From positions 11,487,309 through 11,551,308 of the forward strand of contig CM082591.2 in assembly GCA_040954595.2 (NCBI GenBank): a DNA stretch of 64,000 nucleotides, written 5' to 3'. The notes under the pieces were generated by a model. The model saw only the letters and a list, made by a program, of their open reading frames with translations. It was not told where the DNA came from and ran no database searches. The translations under genes and the position numbers were made by a program. Below are positions 26,801-41,800 of this stretch, in pieces. Within the stretch, counting starts at the first letter, position 1; every line of letters starts with the position of its first letter. This DNA is from Balanoglossus misakiensis (Eukaryota > Animalia > Hemichordata).

Positions 26801-29800
26801 GTTCTCTTGATCACCGAAAAGCTGAGGCATTTTCCATTTATGGATTAACATTCATTTACTTCTAAACATTATCAAAACTGTCACAAAGTCGTCTAGAACG
26901 CATATGCAGGTATAGGAACTGAAACATGTTGCTGTAATGTCCTCAATTTTGTTAGTTGCCGTGTTGCTAAACATGGCCATTTAGACGGTGTTTATTTCAA
27001 AACAGTGGCCAAAAGTTTAGTGTGTGGACGCACAGAGATTCTGTGGGCTAATCCCCTGTGTTTGCAGAGAGTAAACACTGGCATAGCACTGGTGTCAAAA
27101 CTTTTAGTGAGAACAAGACTATTATATGCTCAATACTTTGTACATGTATGTACACAAACAACAAAGCAACGTGCTCACCCATACAATTGTTATGAATTAA
27201 AACCTAGGTTATTCATATCATTGCCCAGGTTACACTGTTAAAGTCAGCAAAGCTCTTTTGACTGTCAGGTCACTTGTCTTAAATTATCAGCTAAAATCAT
27301 GCCCTTGTATATTAAAAAAAACAAGCATGGTGACCCCCGTATTTAGGGGACCAAGCACCCTCAGGCGCTTGGTCCCCTTCAGTTATTGCTGGAGTTTTTA
27401 GGGCACAAGCCAAGCAGGCTTGTGCCCTATTGGTATTACTGGGGGTTTTTAGGGCACAAGCCAAGCAGGCTTGTGCCCTATTGGTATTACTGGGGTTTTT
27501 CATCTTTTTTTTTAGGGCACAAGCCAAGCAGGCTTGTGCCCTATTGGTATTACTGTTTTTTTTTAGGGCATAAGCCAAGCAGGCTTGTGCCCTATTGGTA
27601 TTACTGGGGTTTTTTAGGGCACAAGCCAAGCAGGCTTGTGCCCTATTGGTATTACTGGGGTTTTTCATCTTTTTTTTAGGGCACAAGCCAAGCAGGCTTG
27701 TGCCCTATTGGTATTACTGGGGTTTTTCATCTTTTTTTTTTTTTTTTTCTTGTGTAGTTTTTTGGCTCAGGTAGATCTTGAAAACGGCTGAACCTACAAA
27801 TCTCAAACTTGGCACAGTGGTGCAGGCCTATGAGAGCTGGTGCAGTACCCTCGTGAATGTTTAATAAGTCATGTGACCTGATGACCATATATGGCAGACC
27901 AGTGATTTTCTTGCACGAAGGGAGTATAGTACCATCAGAGATCAGGCTTCGTTGCCGTTCAAAAGTTCCTACTTCAGTCGTGACGTTGCAACTGGACGTT
28001 CAGTATTGGGTTCGGCCCGCAGGTGGCCGTGGGGGTTATCAGGTCCCCCGTAATGGCACGCAGCTTCATGCAGCTGTATGGGACCAAAATAATACGCCCG
28101 CTTCGGGGGTCACCTGTGACACCGTACCTGCGTAACTCTATTATGTGCATGCGTAATTGTGGGGTCAATGAAAGGGATGCTAGCGTGGTATTTGTTGCAC
28201 ATGGATCAATATGAAGTCCGATTTTCCTGTCAAGTTGTGGGGGACCTTATGTGACATTTCACCTACTTTTGCTTAGTGAATAACAGCAGATGCATGCAGC
28301 TTTGGCGTGGTGGGGGGATATACGGATGGGACCATAATGATATACCAAAGGCGGGGTCACCTGTTGCACCTGCCTAAGTCATTGATTTTGTACATTTAAT
28401 TGGACACTAACCAACAGGGTGATATGTGTGGTTTTTGTTCCACAGGGACGAATGTAAGTGTCAGTTGGTTTTTGCCCAAATGTATAAGGTGATTTGGATG
28501 ACCTCTGTCGTACAGTGCCATATCTCAGCACGTTGTACAGGTGCAACTTTGGTATTTGGAGGGATGAAACTATCATAAGATGCCAAATACAGGGGGATAC
28601 CTGTGACACCTGCTTGATTCATGTATTACGTGCATACCTAATGGTAGGCAAAGTGAAAGGGCTGCAAATGTAGGATTTGTTGCACATGACATAAGCAGGA
28701 ATGAAACATTTTTGTCAACTATTTGGGTGACCTCAGGTGTCCATTGACCTGCTTTCCATATGTTAGCATGCACATCATATATAGCCAGGTGGAGGGGTAG
28801 GGTAGGACCCTCTGCGTCATGAAATGCTAAATTCCTGGGGCCACCTGTAACTTACTTGCAAAACTCATTATTATGGCCATATCTAATTTGACCAACCCAA
28901 AGGGCGAGGATTTTCCGTTGTCTTCAATATGAACCAAATAAGAATCCTAATTTTTGGCCCAATTTTTTTGGTACCCTCACCTGACCTTTGAAGTACTTAC
29001 AATGGAGAAGTTCACCTTTGGTTGTTGTGTTTGTACTTGTAGGACATGCATTTCGGGTGGTTGCCTACTTCCCCATATCTCAACATCGAGAGCAAATACA
29101 GCCTACGCATTTGAATGGTACAACCCTGAATGGATTCTAATGGTTATTAACTCTATGCTTGGGCCCCTTCAATGCTGCTTGCAGCTTTAATTTATTTTGG
29201 ATTTGTATTATACTTTAATACGACGGAGAAACCAAAACAATGAAAAGATATGATAATATTTTCAATTTTACTGAATGTACATCCTAACGCATGTTATTAC
29301 AAGCTGCCATGCTGTCATTAAAAGGACTTTTGCTGTAAGTTTGGTTTATTTCCAATATTTTTGCCAATTTCTTTGCTCTACTCCAAACACAAATATACCC
29401 AGTACTCCACTTGTCAAAAAAAACCCTATATTTGTGTAATGAACATTGTTATTGTTGACAGCAAACTTTAACCTGGACCTGAATATAAATTTTTCACAAT
29501 AACAACCTTGACTATACACATACCTGTTGTGTTGATAAGCTAAATGCTGGGCAGTTTATTATGTTTTGGGAATTTGAACACGACACTGCAGTGCATATAC
29601 AAAACAAAAATACTGAAAACACAGCAAAAACTTACAGCTAATGGAGCTGTAACTCAACAATAATTCCCTTCAATGTTGTTAGACAAAATGCTTGACAGGC
29701 ACTGAAGCTGAGATGGGATACATACCATATGGTGATCAGCATGCAAATGTGATACATAAATACACTGTAACCGTTGTAAAACATCAGTTGTATGGGTACC

Positions 29801-32800
29801 ATAATGACGATAAAGTTGACCTAGAGTTCCTTCCCCACAATCCAACAATATGGAAGTGTCCACACTGCAATGAAGAGCAAAAAAAACATAAAACATTAAT
29901 TGATAGCGAGCTCGAGGAAAGCCAACAATGCATGGGCTCGGAAGCCTCGCCCATGATGTTTTGGCTTTCCCTTCGCCCTTGCCAATAAAAAAACGTTAAT
30001 GGTCAGGACGTTGTCCATTATTTCTATAGTTCAAAACAACCAGACACATGCATTTTTGAAGATAACCTGGAAGATTGTTTATTCAAAGATTGTCGTAATT
30101 ATTACAGATTCTGGAATGATTTGAAAAAAGGCCATTTAGAATTACCCCTGTGAACCTGTATACCAAGGGGAATCAGACAAGTGGATTCTGAGAAGATTTT
30201 TGACCAAAACAGGCAATTGCCCCAAAATACAATACTGCAGATTCTATCATTATTTTAACATTTGATTTAGATCACACCCACAGATTTTCAGACTAAATTT
30301 CAAAGTAACCAGACCAGCAGTTTCAGACAAGACTTTAGCGTTGACAATCACCCTATCTGAAAAGCTATACATCGCTGACAGAGGAGCTAACAAAGGCCAC
30401 TTAGATCAAACCAACAGTTCTTCAGACTAAATTTCAAAGTAATCGAACTAGCAGTTTCAGAGATTTGTTGTACTAAAAATGGCAAAACTACATATAAGCA
30501 AATTTCACCGCAAGTTCATGAACAAAATCATTTATAAAGATTAAAGCTGCAAGCAGCATTGTCGGGCCCAAGCGCTGATCCAGAATTATATATGCACAGT
30601 ATGAATGAGAAGAAACAGAATGCTCAATCAAGTGTTTTACCTCATGACATAACACGGACGTATGTATTTTTGCTGCTGAAATAGAGTAAAGTAGGTCAAA
30701 GGTCACCTGAGGTCACCCACATTTCGGGGAATTTTTTTTGACCCATACTGGTGGCCATGTCCAACAAAAACCAAAACTCTAGCTCTATTGGTTCACCTGT
30801 AATAGGTATGTGCATATTTAATGAGGTCACAGGTGACCCAAAAATGTGGCTTTACATTTTGTCCCGTCCTGTCAAATGCCAAGGCTGTATCTGCTCTGGA
30901 TGCTGAGATATGCGAAAGTAGGTCAAAGGTCACCAGAGGTCACCCAACATTTGGGCAAAATTTTTTGACCCCATACTGGTCCATGTCCAACAAAAACCAA
31001 ACCTCTAGCTCTATTGGGTCACCTGTAATTAGCTATGCACATAATTAATAAGGTCAGCAGAGGTCATGAAAAGTAACATTATTTTGATCTCACACTAATC
31101 CACATGCATCAAAAACCAAACGTCTAGCCCTATAGGTTAGCCTGGAAATAGATATGCAGAAATAATAACGTGTGAAAAGTAGGTCAAAGGTCATGTGAAA
31201 AATTGCCAAAAATGTGTAACATATTTTAGTCATATGACGATTGATATCCATAAAAAGAATTTGTATGCTATCAATTTTTAGACTAGGGAAAGGAATTTCA
31301 ATTTTTCACTGCTTTTTACAAAATCCAATATGGCCGCCATAATCTTCGACCAATCACAATGCTCTTTGCAAACTTAGACATAAGTATAGTGACCATACTC
31401 CCCGAATCTTGCGACTCAGTTATCGCCTGTTCTGGAGAAGAAGATTTTTGAAATTTTAGCCAGATTTCAGAAAAAAACTGTAGCAAAAAACTGCAACATT
31501 GACAGCAAAATATCCAATTACAAAAATGATGGGCAGAAGGTACACTACCAGCACGCCAAATCTGAAGTCGATCTGACTTGTAGTTTCTGAGATCTGAGAT
31601 TTGCATTTTTTCAGAAAATCCAATATGGCCGCCAGGTCACGTGACTAATTAAAAATTCACATGTTCAATGCACGACTACTCATTGACCTTGACCACTGTA
31701 GCAAGTTTGAGAAGTGTACCTGCAGCAGTGTCTGAGATCTAGGTGAATAAAAATTTGAACCAAGAATAAAGAAAGAAAGAAAGAAAGAAAGAAAGAAAAA
31801 TTCCAACGAAACCAATAGGGCCCAAGTGCTTGCATGCGCTTGGGCCCTCAAAACCCTAGCAACCTGTATACCAAATTTCAAAGTAATCAGACATGCAGTT
31901 TCATAGATTTTTAAACCAAAAATGGCAACAACAAAAATATTTTTATTACAAGGCCCTGACCTGAATAATGAATGACATATAAGAAGATAATTCTAAATGA
32001 AACATAAAAGGGACAATTCTGAATATATGTGACCTAAGCCTCAATAACCTTCTAAAAAACTGTTTTCTTAATGTTTTGTGTTAACGTTTTGAGATATCTG
32101 GCTCATATCCCCACCCCAATCACCACCCTTTTGTGGTATTGACTGGCTGACAAGAGGTACTCTCCCTTCTGGTCATCAGACATTGTTATTTTGAAAGGAG
32201 CACAGTGCTGTAGTCTGATCATTTCAGAAATATTTTCTAAATACTGGTTTTGAATGTATCATGTTTCACAATGATATCACACTAACTATAATAATAGTGA
32301 GATATAATATAATAATAATAACAAGGCACTTTACAATTAATACCGCTGGTCATTGGACCTAATTCAATTCCCTCCAACTCCCTGGTGAGCAAGTATCAGC
32401 TGACATGTGCAGCCATTATACAGAGCAGCAGAGCTAAACACACACATTACAATCTCTATCCTACCAGGTACCCATTTCTTCTGGGTGGTGAGAAGCAATG
32501 AGAAGTAATGTGCCATGCTCAAGGACACAACACCACATCCATGCCAGGGCTTGAACCCATGATCCTATAAAAAATGAGTCCATTGCTCGAGCCAATGGAC
32601 AATGATGCCCACTGGACAATGATGCCCTCTAAAATAATAAAGTACAAACCTTGTATGGAGCAAGATAGAGCTGACATTTCTTGAATTACTTGGTAATGCT
32701 GAACCTGTTCCTAAGAAAACTACTTGTGGAAATGGATTACTGGTACATGTAGGAATTCCTGCACTCTGAGAGTCTGTTATACTTGGAGGATGTGACATGT

Positions 32801-35800
32801 AACTTGGTGATCCTGCAGTTTTCTCATGTTCCATACTTTGTTCACTTGATGTGGTATCTTTGGTTACATCAGATGCAGAGGTTACCTTGACGACATTCTC
32901 CATATTTACCCCTGATCCTTTGTTAATGTCATTCACGTTTTGACTGTCTATAGAATGGGCACTTTCCACGTATTCTTGTAAATGTCGCGTAAATCCTTCC
33001 ACTGCACTGGTTTCTTCCTCAATCTCTTGTCGTGTAATTGTTGGTATGGAACTCCTAGAAGTCAAGAAATCAGATTCAGGGAGTGTTTTCACGAAACAAT
33101 CTGAATCTTGTCATGAAATACATATCCCTGAAGGCTACTCAAGTACCATGACTCTAAATTTTCACCACAACTCTGCAATTTACAGCAAGAAAAAACAACA
33201 TCTTTACAATGCCTTTTAAAAATATTCAGTTTTGCCAAAATGTTCAGTTTTCCCAGAGGAATCTGAATCTGTAGGGGTACACAGTTGATACAAAAAGATT
33301 ACTTTTGTGTAGGTAGGTAAATTGTCATACATTTCTCCTTTCTTTCACTGTTTAATTTATGAGTTATTTCACTTCCATTAAAGGCACGTAAGCTGCAACT
33401 GGATAAAAAATTAAAGTTTTAAATAATCTCATATATGCTTTTAATTATGTCTATTAAATGCTATTTCATGATAATATATCAAGCTCAACACTTATTTATG
33501 ACAAAATGGCCAAAAATTAAAGAAAAACGAAAATTCCTGCAATTTTAAAAAAAAGTGCAATATTGCAATGAAAAATGAAAATCTGATACTCAGTGGTGTA
33601 CATTTACTTCCATGAGCTCAAGTGGATGAGATCATGTTTTGTTTATGAAGTTTCACAACCGGAAATGCAACATTTTCATTGTTTCTTGCATTTTCCCACG
33701 GTGGCGGCCATAATCGCTTGCGACAAAGGTTTATTATTTATCTGGTTAAAACTTGCATATGCACTCATATTTAGGGTTTATAATGCTTGTGTATTGTTCA
33801 CTGCCTTCATCTGCACGGACTAATGGTAGTGCAGTTTGAAAAAAAAATTATGAAAATTATCCCAAAAGTGCCTTTAATTGTTATTTTTTGTCAATTGTCA
33901 AAATTTTAAACCCTCAAAAGTATATATCTATGGAAGCTGACTGTGTACAGTACACAACCATTATTACACTTACTCTTTAATTCAGAGGCCACAATCACCA
34001 AAAACTAACCAGTTCTGGCCATTCTAAAGTGGTTGCTGTAAACCAAAGCTGATCAAAATTTGATCAGACATTCTTGAGATATTGTGTATAAAGACAAACA
34101 GACACACAGACACACAGAAAACATGCGATCTTGTGAGGTAACAATGATGCCTCCTATTTTTCCCATGATTCAAAATACCATAGACTTGATGAAGCCCTAG
34201 AATGCAACTTCCCACACAAAAAATGGCTTTTCTTGAATATATGAGAAAAAACCTTGGCACAAACTTTGTTGGTAGACAGTGATTAACACAGTGTGCCTGA
34301 TAGTTGCCATCCAATAAACACTCCCCTCCTTTCAATACAATTTTGTTCAGTGTGTTTACCCAGATGTTCACATGTGGTTTTAATCTGGCAAACTGCATTT
34401 TTTCCGACATTTTTGGAATTATGGAGATAATGAACCCACATGGTTTGTGCAGGCCTAGTTAGGCATGTAACCACACCCATCATTGACGTCACAGAGACCC
34501 ATTGAATGATGACAGCAGCCATTGGTAGTAATATGAGAATTCAGAACCAAGGTACAGATTATGCAATAGAAATAATGGATTATACACATACCTGTCCCAT
34601 TTCTGAAGCGGTCTTAGATTGTACTTGAGTAAACACTCTGCTAATTTATTTACTTTCACTTCATCATGTGTCTGTAATTTAAAAAATAAAGATACAGACA
34701 GAATTTTGAGTTATAATAATGGAAATTGGCTTTTTTACATCAACCCCACAATACGATTCGTTTATTTATTGTAACATGTGGAAATGACACAAAGTTGATT
34801 AGTTTTGCAAATTTTGAGCTAGTTATATCTGAACATAAAACAGAAATACCGTAATCAATCCTTCGGTTCGACCACTCCATTAGTTCGTCCATCCACTATT
34901 TTTCCCATAATTAATTATTTTACAACCCCTAAAATTTCGCCTAGTGCTAAACGCGTAACCCGTTTTCCCCTTGGCCTGAGCTCAAATAGCCATAAATGAA
35001 TGACCCTTGTCTGACCTCAAATCAGGCGTGAATAGTTAATTAAGGAAAGGGGTCATTTTGTAACAGGGGGTGGCTGAAAATTGAGGGGATAAGTGTGGCA
35101 GTTTCTAATGAGCTTGCATGTAAAATTCCCCTTAAAGCATCCATGGCATTGTTTTGTATTAAGCAATCTCTTGCAAGGTTTGGGGATATTGATGTGAACT
35201 TGGCCTTTAAAATCTTCGATTGTAAAATCCTCCCAATTCTTTTGTATGGTAGTGAAATTTGGGGATTCCACAGAGGAGACCAAATTGAAATTGTTCACAA
35301 CAAATTTTGTCGTTTTATTTTGAAGTTGTATAAAAATGCACCAACTCTTGCTGTGAAAGGTGAACTTAGGCGGTACCCCTTACGATCTAATAAGGCTTAT
35401 AAGAATAATCAAATACTGGTTGCGTCTACTGGCAATGCCAGTTAATCGTTTACCATACAAATGCTATGTATTCCAGTATGGAGAAGCGGAAAAGAACAAA
35501 CCATGTTGGGCTCACGATGTGAAAATGTAACTTTTTTCCTTTGGAATGGGTGGGGCATGGGTTAATCAGGGGGTTGGTAACAATGTCAATTTTATTTCCT
35601 TATTCAAACAGCGTTGTCATGATCTAGATGTTCAAAACTGGCATACTAGTATACGTTTGTTCCCTAAACTAGACTCTTACAGAAAGTTCAAACATATTTT
35701 TAGACGAGAATTGTATTTCAACATGATTGAAAAGTCGCACTTTCGAGAGGCACTTTGCAGATTTAGAATATCAGCGCACGCTTTACGTATCGAAGCTGAC

Positions 35801-38800
35801 AGGCGATTACGCAATAATCGTGAAGATAGAACATGTATCTATTGTAATGGTAATGAAGTTTCCTGCTCACTGCGGGGTGACACAACTCACGGGACGACCG
35901 TAGTGTGATTGTATTGCTTTATTCAACGGGCTACATGTGCATGGGCGGGACGCCATTACAATCAGGATTGCACCTAGTCTCGGTTACCCAGAGCCCTCTG
36001 CTTCTTCCGTTGGGCACTCCAGAAAGAGGGTCTGGGGAAACCCGGTAGACAAATCGCCGGGCCGACTCGGGACAGATGCGATGCATGACGGGAGCTTAAT
36101 ATTCGATACGATATTATGATATGACGATATTAGAAAACTATTTACCAAACTTCTCTCTCTCTTTTCAATTTGTAGACAGTTTTAGCAGGTCTAGCACTTC
36201 TCAGCATGTTTTCTTTATCGTATGTCATACATGTCGGCCGTGAGGTTCGCGCGCAGGACGTCGCCATTTTGGAATATTAATCTCCCGTCATGCATCGCAT
36301 CTGTCCCGAGTCGGCCCGGCGATTTGTCTACTGGGTTTCCCCAGACCCTCTTTCTGGAGTGCCCAACGGAAGAAGCAGAGGGCTCTGGGTAACCGAGACT
36401 AGATTGCACCCAGCTTAACATAACCGGAAGTCACATAGAGCTAGTAACTAGAGGGCGCTAGACTGCCAACATCTCCCCTCCTTTAATGAAAAGAAAAAAA
36501 CTGGTGAACCAACACATTGCATGCATAACATAGAAAATGCAATGTTTTTTTTTTGTTTTTTTTGTAGATGGATACTGTAATGTAATGTTCTTTGAGTTCA
36601 GTACTGGTATCCAATGTTCATTGTGAGGGAAATATTCCTCCTTTTGTATGGAACATTAGTTTAACACAAAATTGTACACAGAACAATAAAGTTTATTGTG
36701 AAGTTTGGGTGGACTACCAAGACTTCACTGCAGGTTTCCAGGGATTATTCTGCCCTTTTGTGGAATAACCTGCTATCATGTCACATAACATAGTCCTTAA
36801 AGCCTCAGTATTTCTCGTAGGGGCAAAATTTTGTTTGAAACGGCATCTATAATTTCTAAAAGTAGATGATAATTGATACTGAATCGAACAGTCATCATCC
36901 CCAGCTCTGCTCATAAACTCATACAATTTACAATATAACGAGTGAAGAATGACTTTCTGTCCGGACAGAAAGTCAGGCTCTGTTGACACACGTGACTAGT
37001 GCGCATGCGCACTCAAATGTGAATCTATGCGGAAGAGGTTTGGTCGCCCCAAATCAAGCGACTCAGCGAAGAAATGCGCACTAATTCGGCAAAATTTTGG
37101 GAAGATAACTTTATGGGAGAAATCAGTCGATGGAACCAGATCAAATCCGAAAATGGTCTGACCATCAAATGTCAAAATGGCACGTTTGCTGATCAACATG
37201 TACAACATTTCCGTTGTAAATAAACCCGTGCATCATTTCAAGTGTTACGGGCAATATTTACAGCTTGCACATAGCTACAGTTGCCCAAACCTTTCTTATA
37301 TCTTCATTATGTAGTATTCCATGATGAATGTACAGGAAAAAACAGGCATTTTTCAATGATGAAAAATGGATACACACGAGAAATACTGGGGCTTTAAATT
37401 TGGATGGAAGTTTAATGGCTCTTGTGATGTTGTTGTAACATATGCATGTATTCTTGATGACGTAGTGTGCACATGCGTAGTAATAAACGATACTACAGTT
37501 CTCCCTGAAGTTGAATGAACAACTGTCTGCTGTGTACTCTTGTGCTCTCCCTGAATATATCCCAGATATATCACAGTTGTCCTAACTGAAGACGCATTAT
37601 TTCGCAAGAGCATATGGTGTGGGCCAATGAGCACAAGCGCCTTTGAGTATGACACTTGTTATAGATACTGGCGTTATACAAATTTCTCTGATTGATTGAT
37701 TGATTGATGAAGTCCGGACTCTTCGGAGGAGTGAATGACATCGCTGCAGGTGTTTGCTGGGATGTAGCTGGAGGAATTTGTGGATTTTCCATCCGTTTCG
37801 CTGGGGATGCTGGAACCTCAATGCTTGTAAGTTGATGATCTTTACTGCTGGCGAATTCCTTGGGGCGTTGACCTCCCTGAGATGTCCCTACGCAGCTGTT
37901 GTTTCCAGTGTTGGGCAACATACTAGGCGTAACGACTGGTGGGAATGTTGGCCCCGGGTTGCGGTATTCTTGGATACCGATTGGTGGTGGTGCAGCTGGT
38001 CTTATTTGTACTCGATTCCGTCGCACTTGGCCTGATTGAGTTTTGATTGTGTAGGATCTTGCATCATCACGATGAGTGACCTGACCATATGACCAAGGTT
38101 TACCCCTCATATGAGGCGGAGGTTTTACGTACACATGGTTTCCAACGTTGATTGGGGTGTGTTCTGGGCCGGCTGTTTTATCATATTGCTGTTTGCTGGA
38201 CACTCGTTTGCTCTTTATTTCTTGAAACACCTTCTCCTGGTCTATTGTTTGTTGTTGGAGTAGATGATCAGATGTTGGGAGCAGTGTGCGTGTCCGACGG
38301 AGTAGCATCCGCTGGGCCGGTGAGTAGGTGTGTCCTTTTGGTGGTGTGTTCCTGTAGTTGAGCATGGCCTCGTCAAGGTTTCCTGATTTCCTCAGCATGG
38401 ACTTGGAGGTGGCCACTGCTGCTTCTGCCCTTCCATTCCCTTTGGGATGATATGGGGATGACATTGTATGACTGAATCCATAGCTGCGTACAAATTCCAT
38501 GTATTCCTTACTGATGAACTGTGGCCCATTGTCGGTGTGACAAATTCTGGGTACACCGAACCGTGCAAAATGGGCTTTCGTTTTGTTGATGATGGTGGTG
38601 GATAGCGTATCTGGGAGCTCATCAACCTCGATCCAGTCCGAGTAGTGGCACACGGTAACTAAGTAGTTGGTTCCTTCGAAGGCAAACAAGTCTTGACTAA
38701 TCAGCTGCCATGGCAGGGTAGGTATGGGCAGTGATTTCATGGGTTCTTTTGGTGCTGTTCTGCCATATTGTGCACATATGCCACATGCTTCACACATATC

Positions 38801-41800
38801 TTGGATTGCCTTTCGCATCCCAGGCCAGAACAGGACTTCACGAGTCATACGAATATTTGATTCTGCTCCCTGGTGATTGGCATGTATTTTGTGAAGCATT
38901 TCCGAATGCATGGACTGTGGCACTATAACTAGGTTTCCTTTGTATATTATTCCATTTTGAGTTGTCAGTTCATCTCTATAGCTCCAGAATGGGTGTAGGA
39001 TTTCAGGCAAGGACTCTCTCTTGTCTGGCCATCCTGACGTTATCACTGTTTGAAGTGCAGATAGACACGGGTCATCTGATGTTTCATCTTGGATGCGTTT
39101 TTCTGTGTCTGGTAGTAATCTGGTATTGGGTTTGTAGAACTCTGGTTCTAACTCAGCTCTGAATACCTCAAAGCAGGTGACTTCACACTCCACTGCCGCT
39201 GGGAGTGGTGCTCTGGAGAGGGTATCCGCTAAATGGAGGGATGTGCCTCTTCTGTACGTAACCGTAAAACTATGTCGTTGTAGGCGCATTAGCATTCTCT
39301 GCAGTCTGGCCGGTGCTTTGTTGAGTGGTTTCTTCATGATTGTTTCTAAGGGCTGGTGGTCTGTGTGTACCACTATGTCTGACTTGCCGTACAGCCATTG
39401 GTCGAATTTCTCAAATGCGTTGCAAATCGCGAGGCATTCTTTCTCGATTTGTGAGTATCGTTGCTCAGTTGGGCTCATGCTGCATGAGGTGAAGGCCACT
39501 GGCTGTAGTTTTCCATCTTTGTTAGGTTGAAGAATTGCTCCCCCGAGGCCTGCATCACTTGCATCAACCTCTGTATCTGTATCTGTATAATACTGCAGAG
39601 TAACTCAGAAATTGAGCGGTAATCCTGCAGGTGCGCAAGGTGAATTTAGTCGTGATGACTAGTTATTCCTGAAAGACCAGTTTTAAAATGCTCTAGGTTT
39701 GTGCTAGTTACAATTTTATCAGGTAAGTGGTTCCAGTCAATAATGGTTCGCGGAATGAAGGAGTGTTTGTAAGTATCTGTTTTGCACATTGGTATGAACA
39801 GGGGTCTTGAGTGAGAATTCCTGGACGTACGTGGGTTGAATTTAATATGACTTTCGGCTGGAATTGCGATTTGGTTATTTACGATTTTGTACATAAGATG
39901 AAGCCGCTGGTCTCTCCTGCGATCAGATAGTGGTATTAAATTAAGATCTTTTAACATGGCGGTGACACTGCTTTCCCTACTGTAGTCATTTTTTATGAAA
40001 CGTGCAGCTCGTCTTTGTATATTTTCCAGTTTAGTGATGTCCTTAATAAAGTAGGGGTCCCATACTACAGAGGCATAGTCCATGACAGAGCGAACAAGAG
40101 ATGTATATGCTATTTGCTTCAAAGAGGGGTGACAATGACGAAGATTTCTCCTGATGAAACCAAGTGTTGATGATGCCTTGTTGCTTACTTTGTTGATGTG
40201 GTTGGTCCATTTTGTAGTGTATCAGATGTATTCTGATCCCCCCTGTATTGACTTTGGTATATTCCAGACGCATGGCAGTATGGGACATATAGCCTCGTTC
40301 TGATACTCTCTCTGGTACTTGTAGTTCTCCTTGTGTGCAAGCAATAAATACCTGTTCGTGTTCATGATTCAATTCGGAGTGTCCTCTAATTTACGAAGTA
40401 AGAGCGACCGACACGTATCAACATATATATCGTGAGAAGCGGTATATAACACTGGCGACGAGTATTTCACCCACATCCTTGAAGAAAGATGGAGAATAAC
40501 CAGCGCCCGATTCCAAAATTCGACTGCTATACTAATCCGTCAACTCTGGGGCCACGATGGGAGCGATGGCTGACGTCATTCGAACTGTACACCGATGGAA
40601 AAGGTTTGATAATTAATGACGACTCCACGAACGCCACGAAACAAAGGCGGAGAGCTTTGTTGTTGCATTTAGCCGGTCCAGACGTACAGGACATTTTTTC
40701 AACTTTGTCAGATACGGGAACAGTCACAGATTATGACAGAGCCGTGACCGCGCTAAACACCTACTTTGTACCCCAAGTCAACCCTGCGTTCGCCAGACAG
40801 ACATTCCATCAAACCATACAAAAGCAAGGTGAGACTGTACTTCAATTCGTCACCCGCCTACGGAAAGCTGCCAGTGATTGTAACTTTGGAGGTGATAAAG
40901 ACAATCAAATCAGAGACGCAGTACTGAATAAATGTTCGTCAGATTACGTACGCCGGAAGTTATTGGAAGAAGGCCAAGCATTGACCTTAGCACGTACCCT
41001 ACAAATAGCCGATAAGTGCGAGAAAGTGGAGGTACAAATGGCTGCTCTTTCAGCAAAGAGAGAAGACAGGGAAACTGTCAACAGACTTACTGATAGAAGC
41101 AAACGCTGTACACAGAAACCAAAGAAACATGAGAAAGATAAAGACACAAAACCAGCTAGAGATAAAACTTGTTATCGCTGTGGATTGACAGGACACTTTG
41201 GTCGCGATCCCAAATGTCCAGCAAGAGGCCAGACATGCAAGAAATGCGACGGCAAGAATCACTTTGCCAAAGTATGCAGGTCAAAGGTCAAATCAGAAGT
41301 CAATGTGGTCAAAGAGCCGCAAAGCAGCCCAACACCGCCCGATTACGCTTTCACTGTCAACAGTGGTGTGATATATCTGGGATATATTCAGGGAGAGCAC
41401 AAGAGGACACAGCAGACAGTTGTTCATTCAACTTCAGGGAGACCTGTAGTACAGTTTATTACTACGCATGCGCACACTACGTCATCATGAATACATGCAT
41501 ATATTACACTGCCTTCCCTTTAAAAGAAATTGGGTGGCTTGACAAACTTCAACAAATGTCAACTTGTAAACACAACATCTTTGTTAACGACAAAACTACT
41601 GAAATTACAAATTCAGTTTCACAACGGGTTTTCTGACTCTGTCTGATCTCCTTACAGGTTCTGTAATATTTCCAGGTTTCACTTGTGTATTCTGACTTTG
41701 TGTAGCTTGGCAAGAATCACTAGCAACTTTCACATCAGTATTTTCCACTGGTTGTGGTTTACAAGAATTCTGAACAGGAATTGTACTGAACATTTCAGTT

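Noticed and set aside
27399-27730. CRISPR-like palindromic repeats
   Set aside because: No unique spacers, no cas genes, eukaryotic intron; explained as Helentron-type ends
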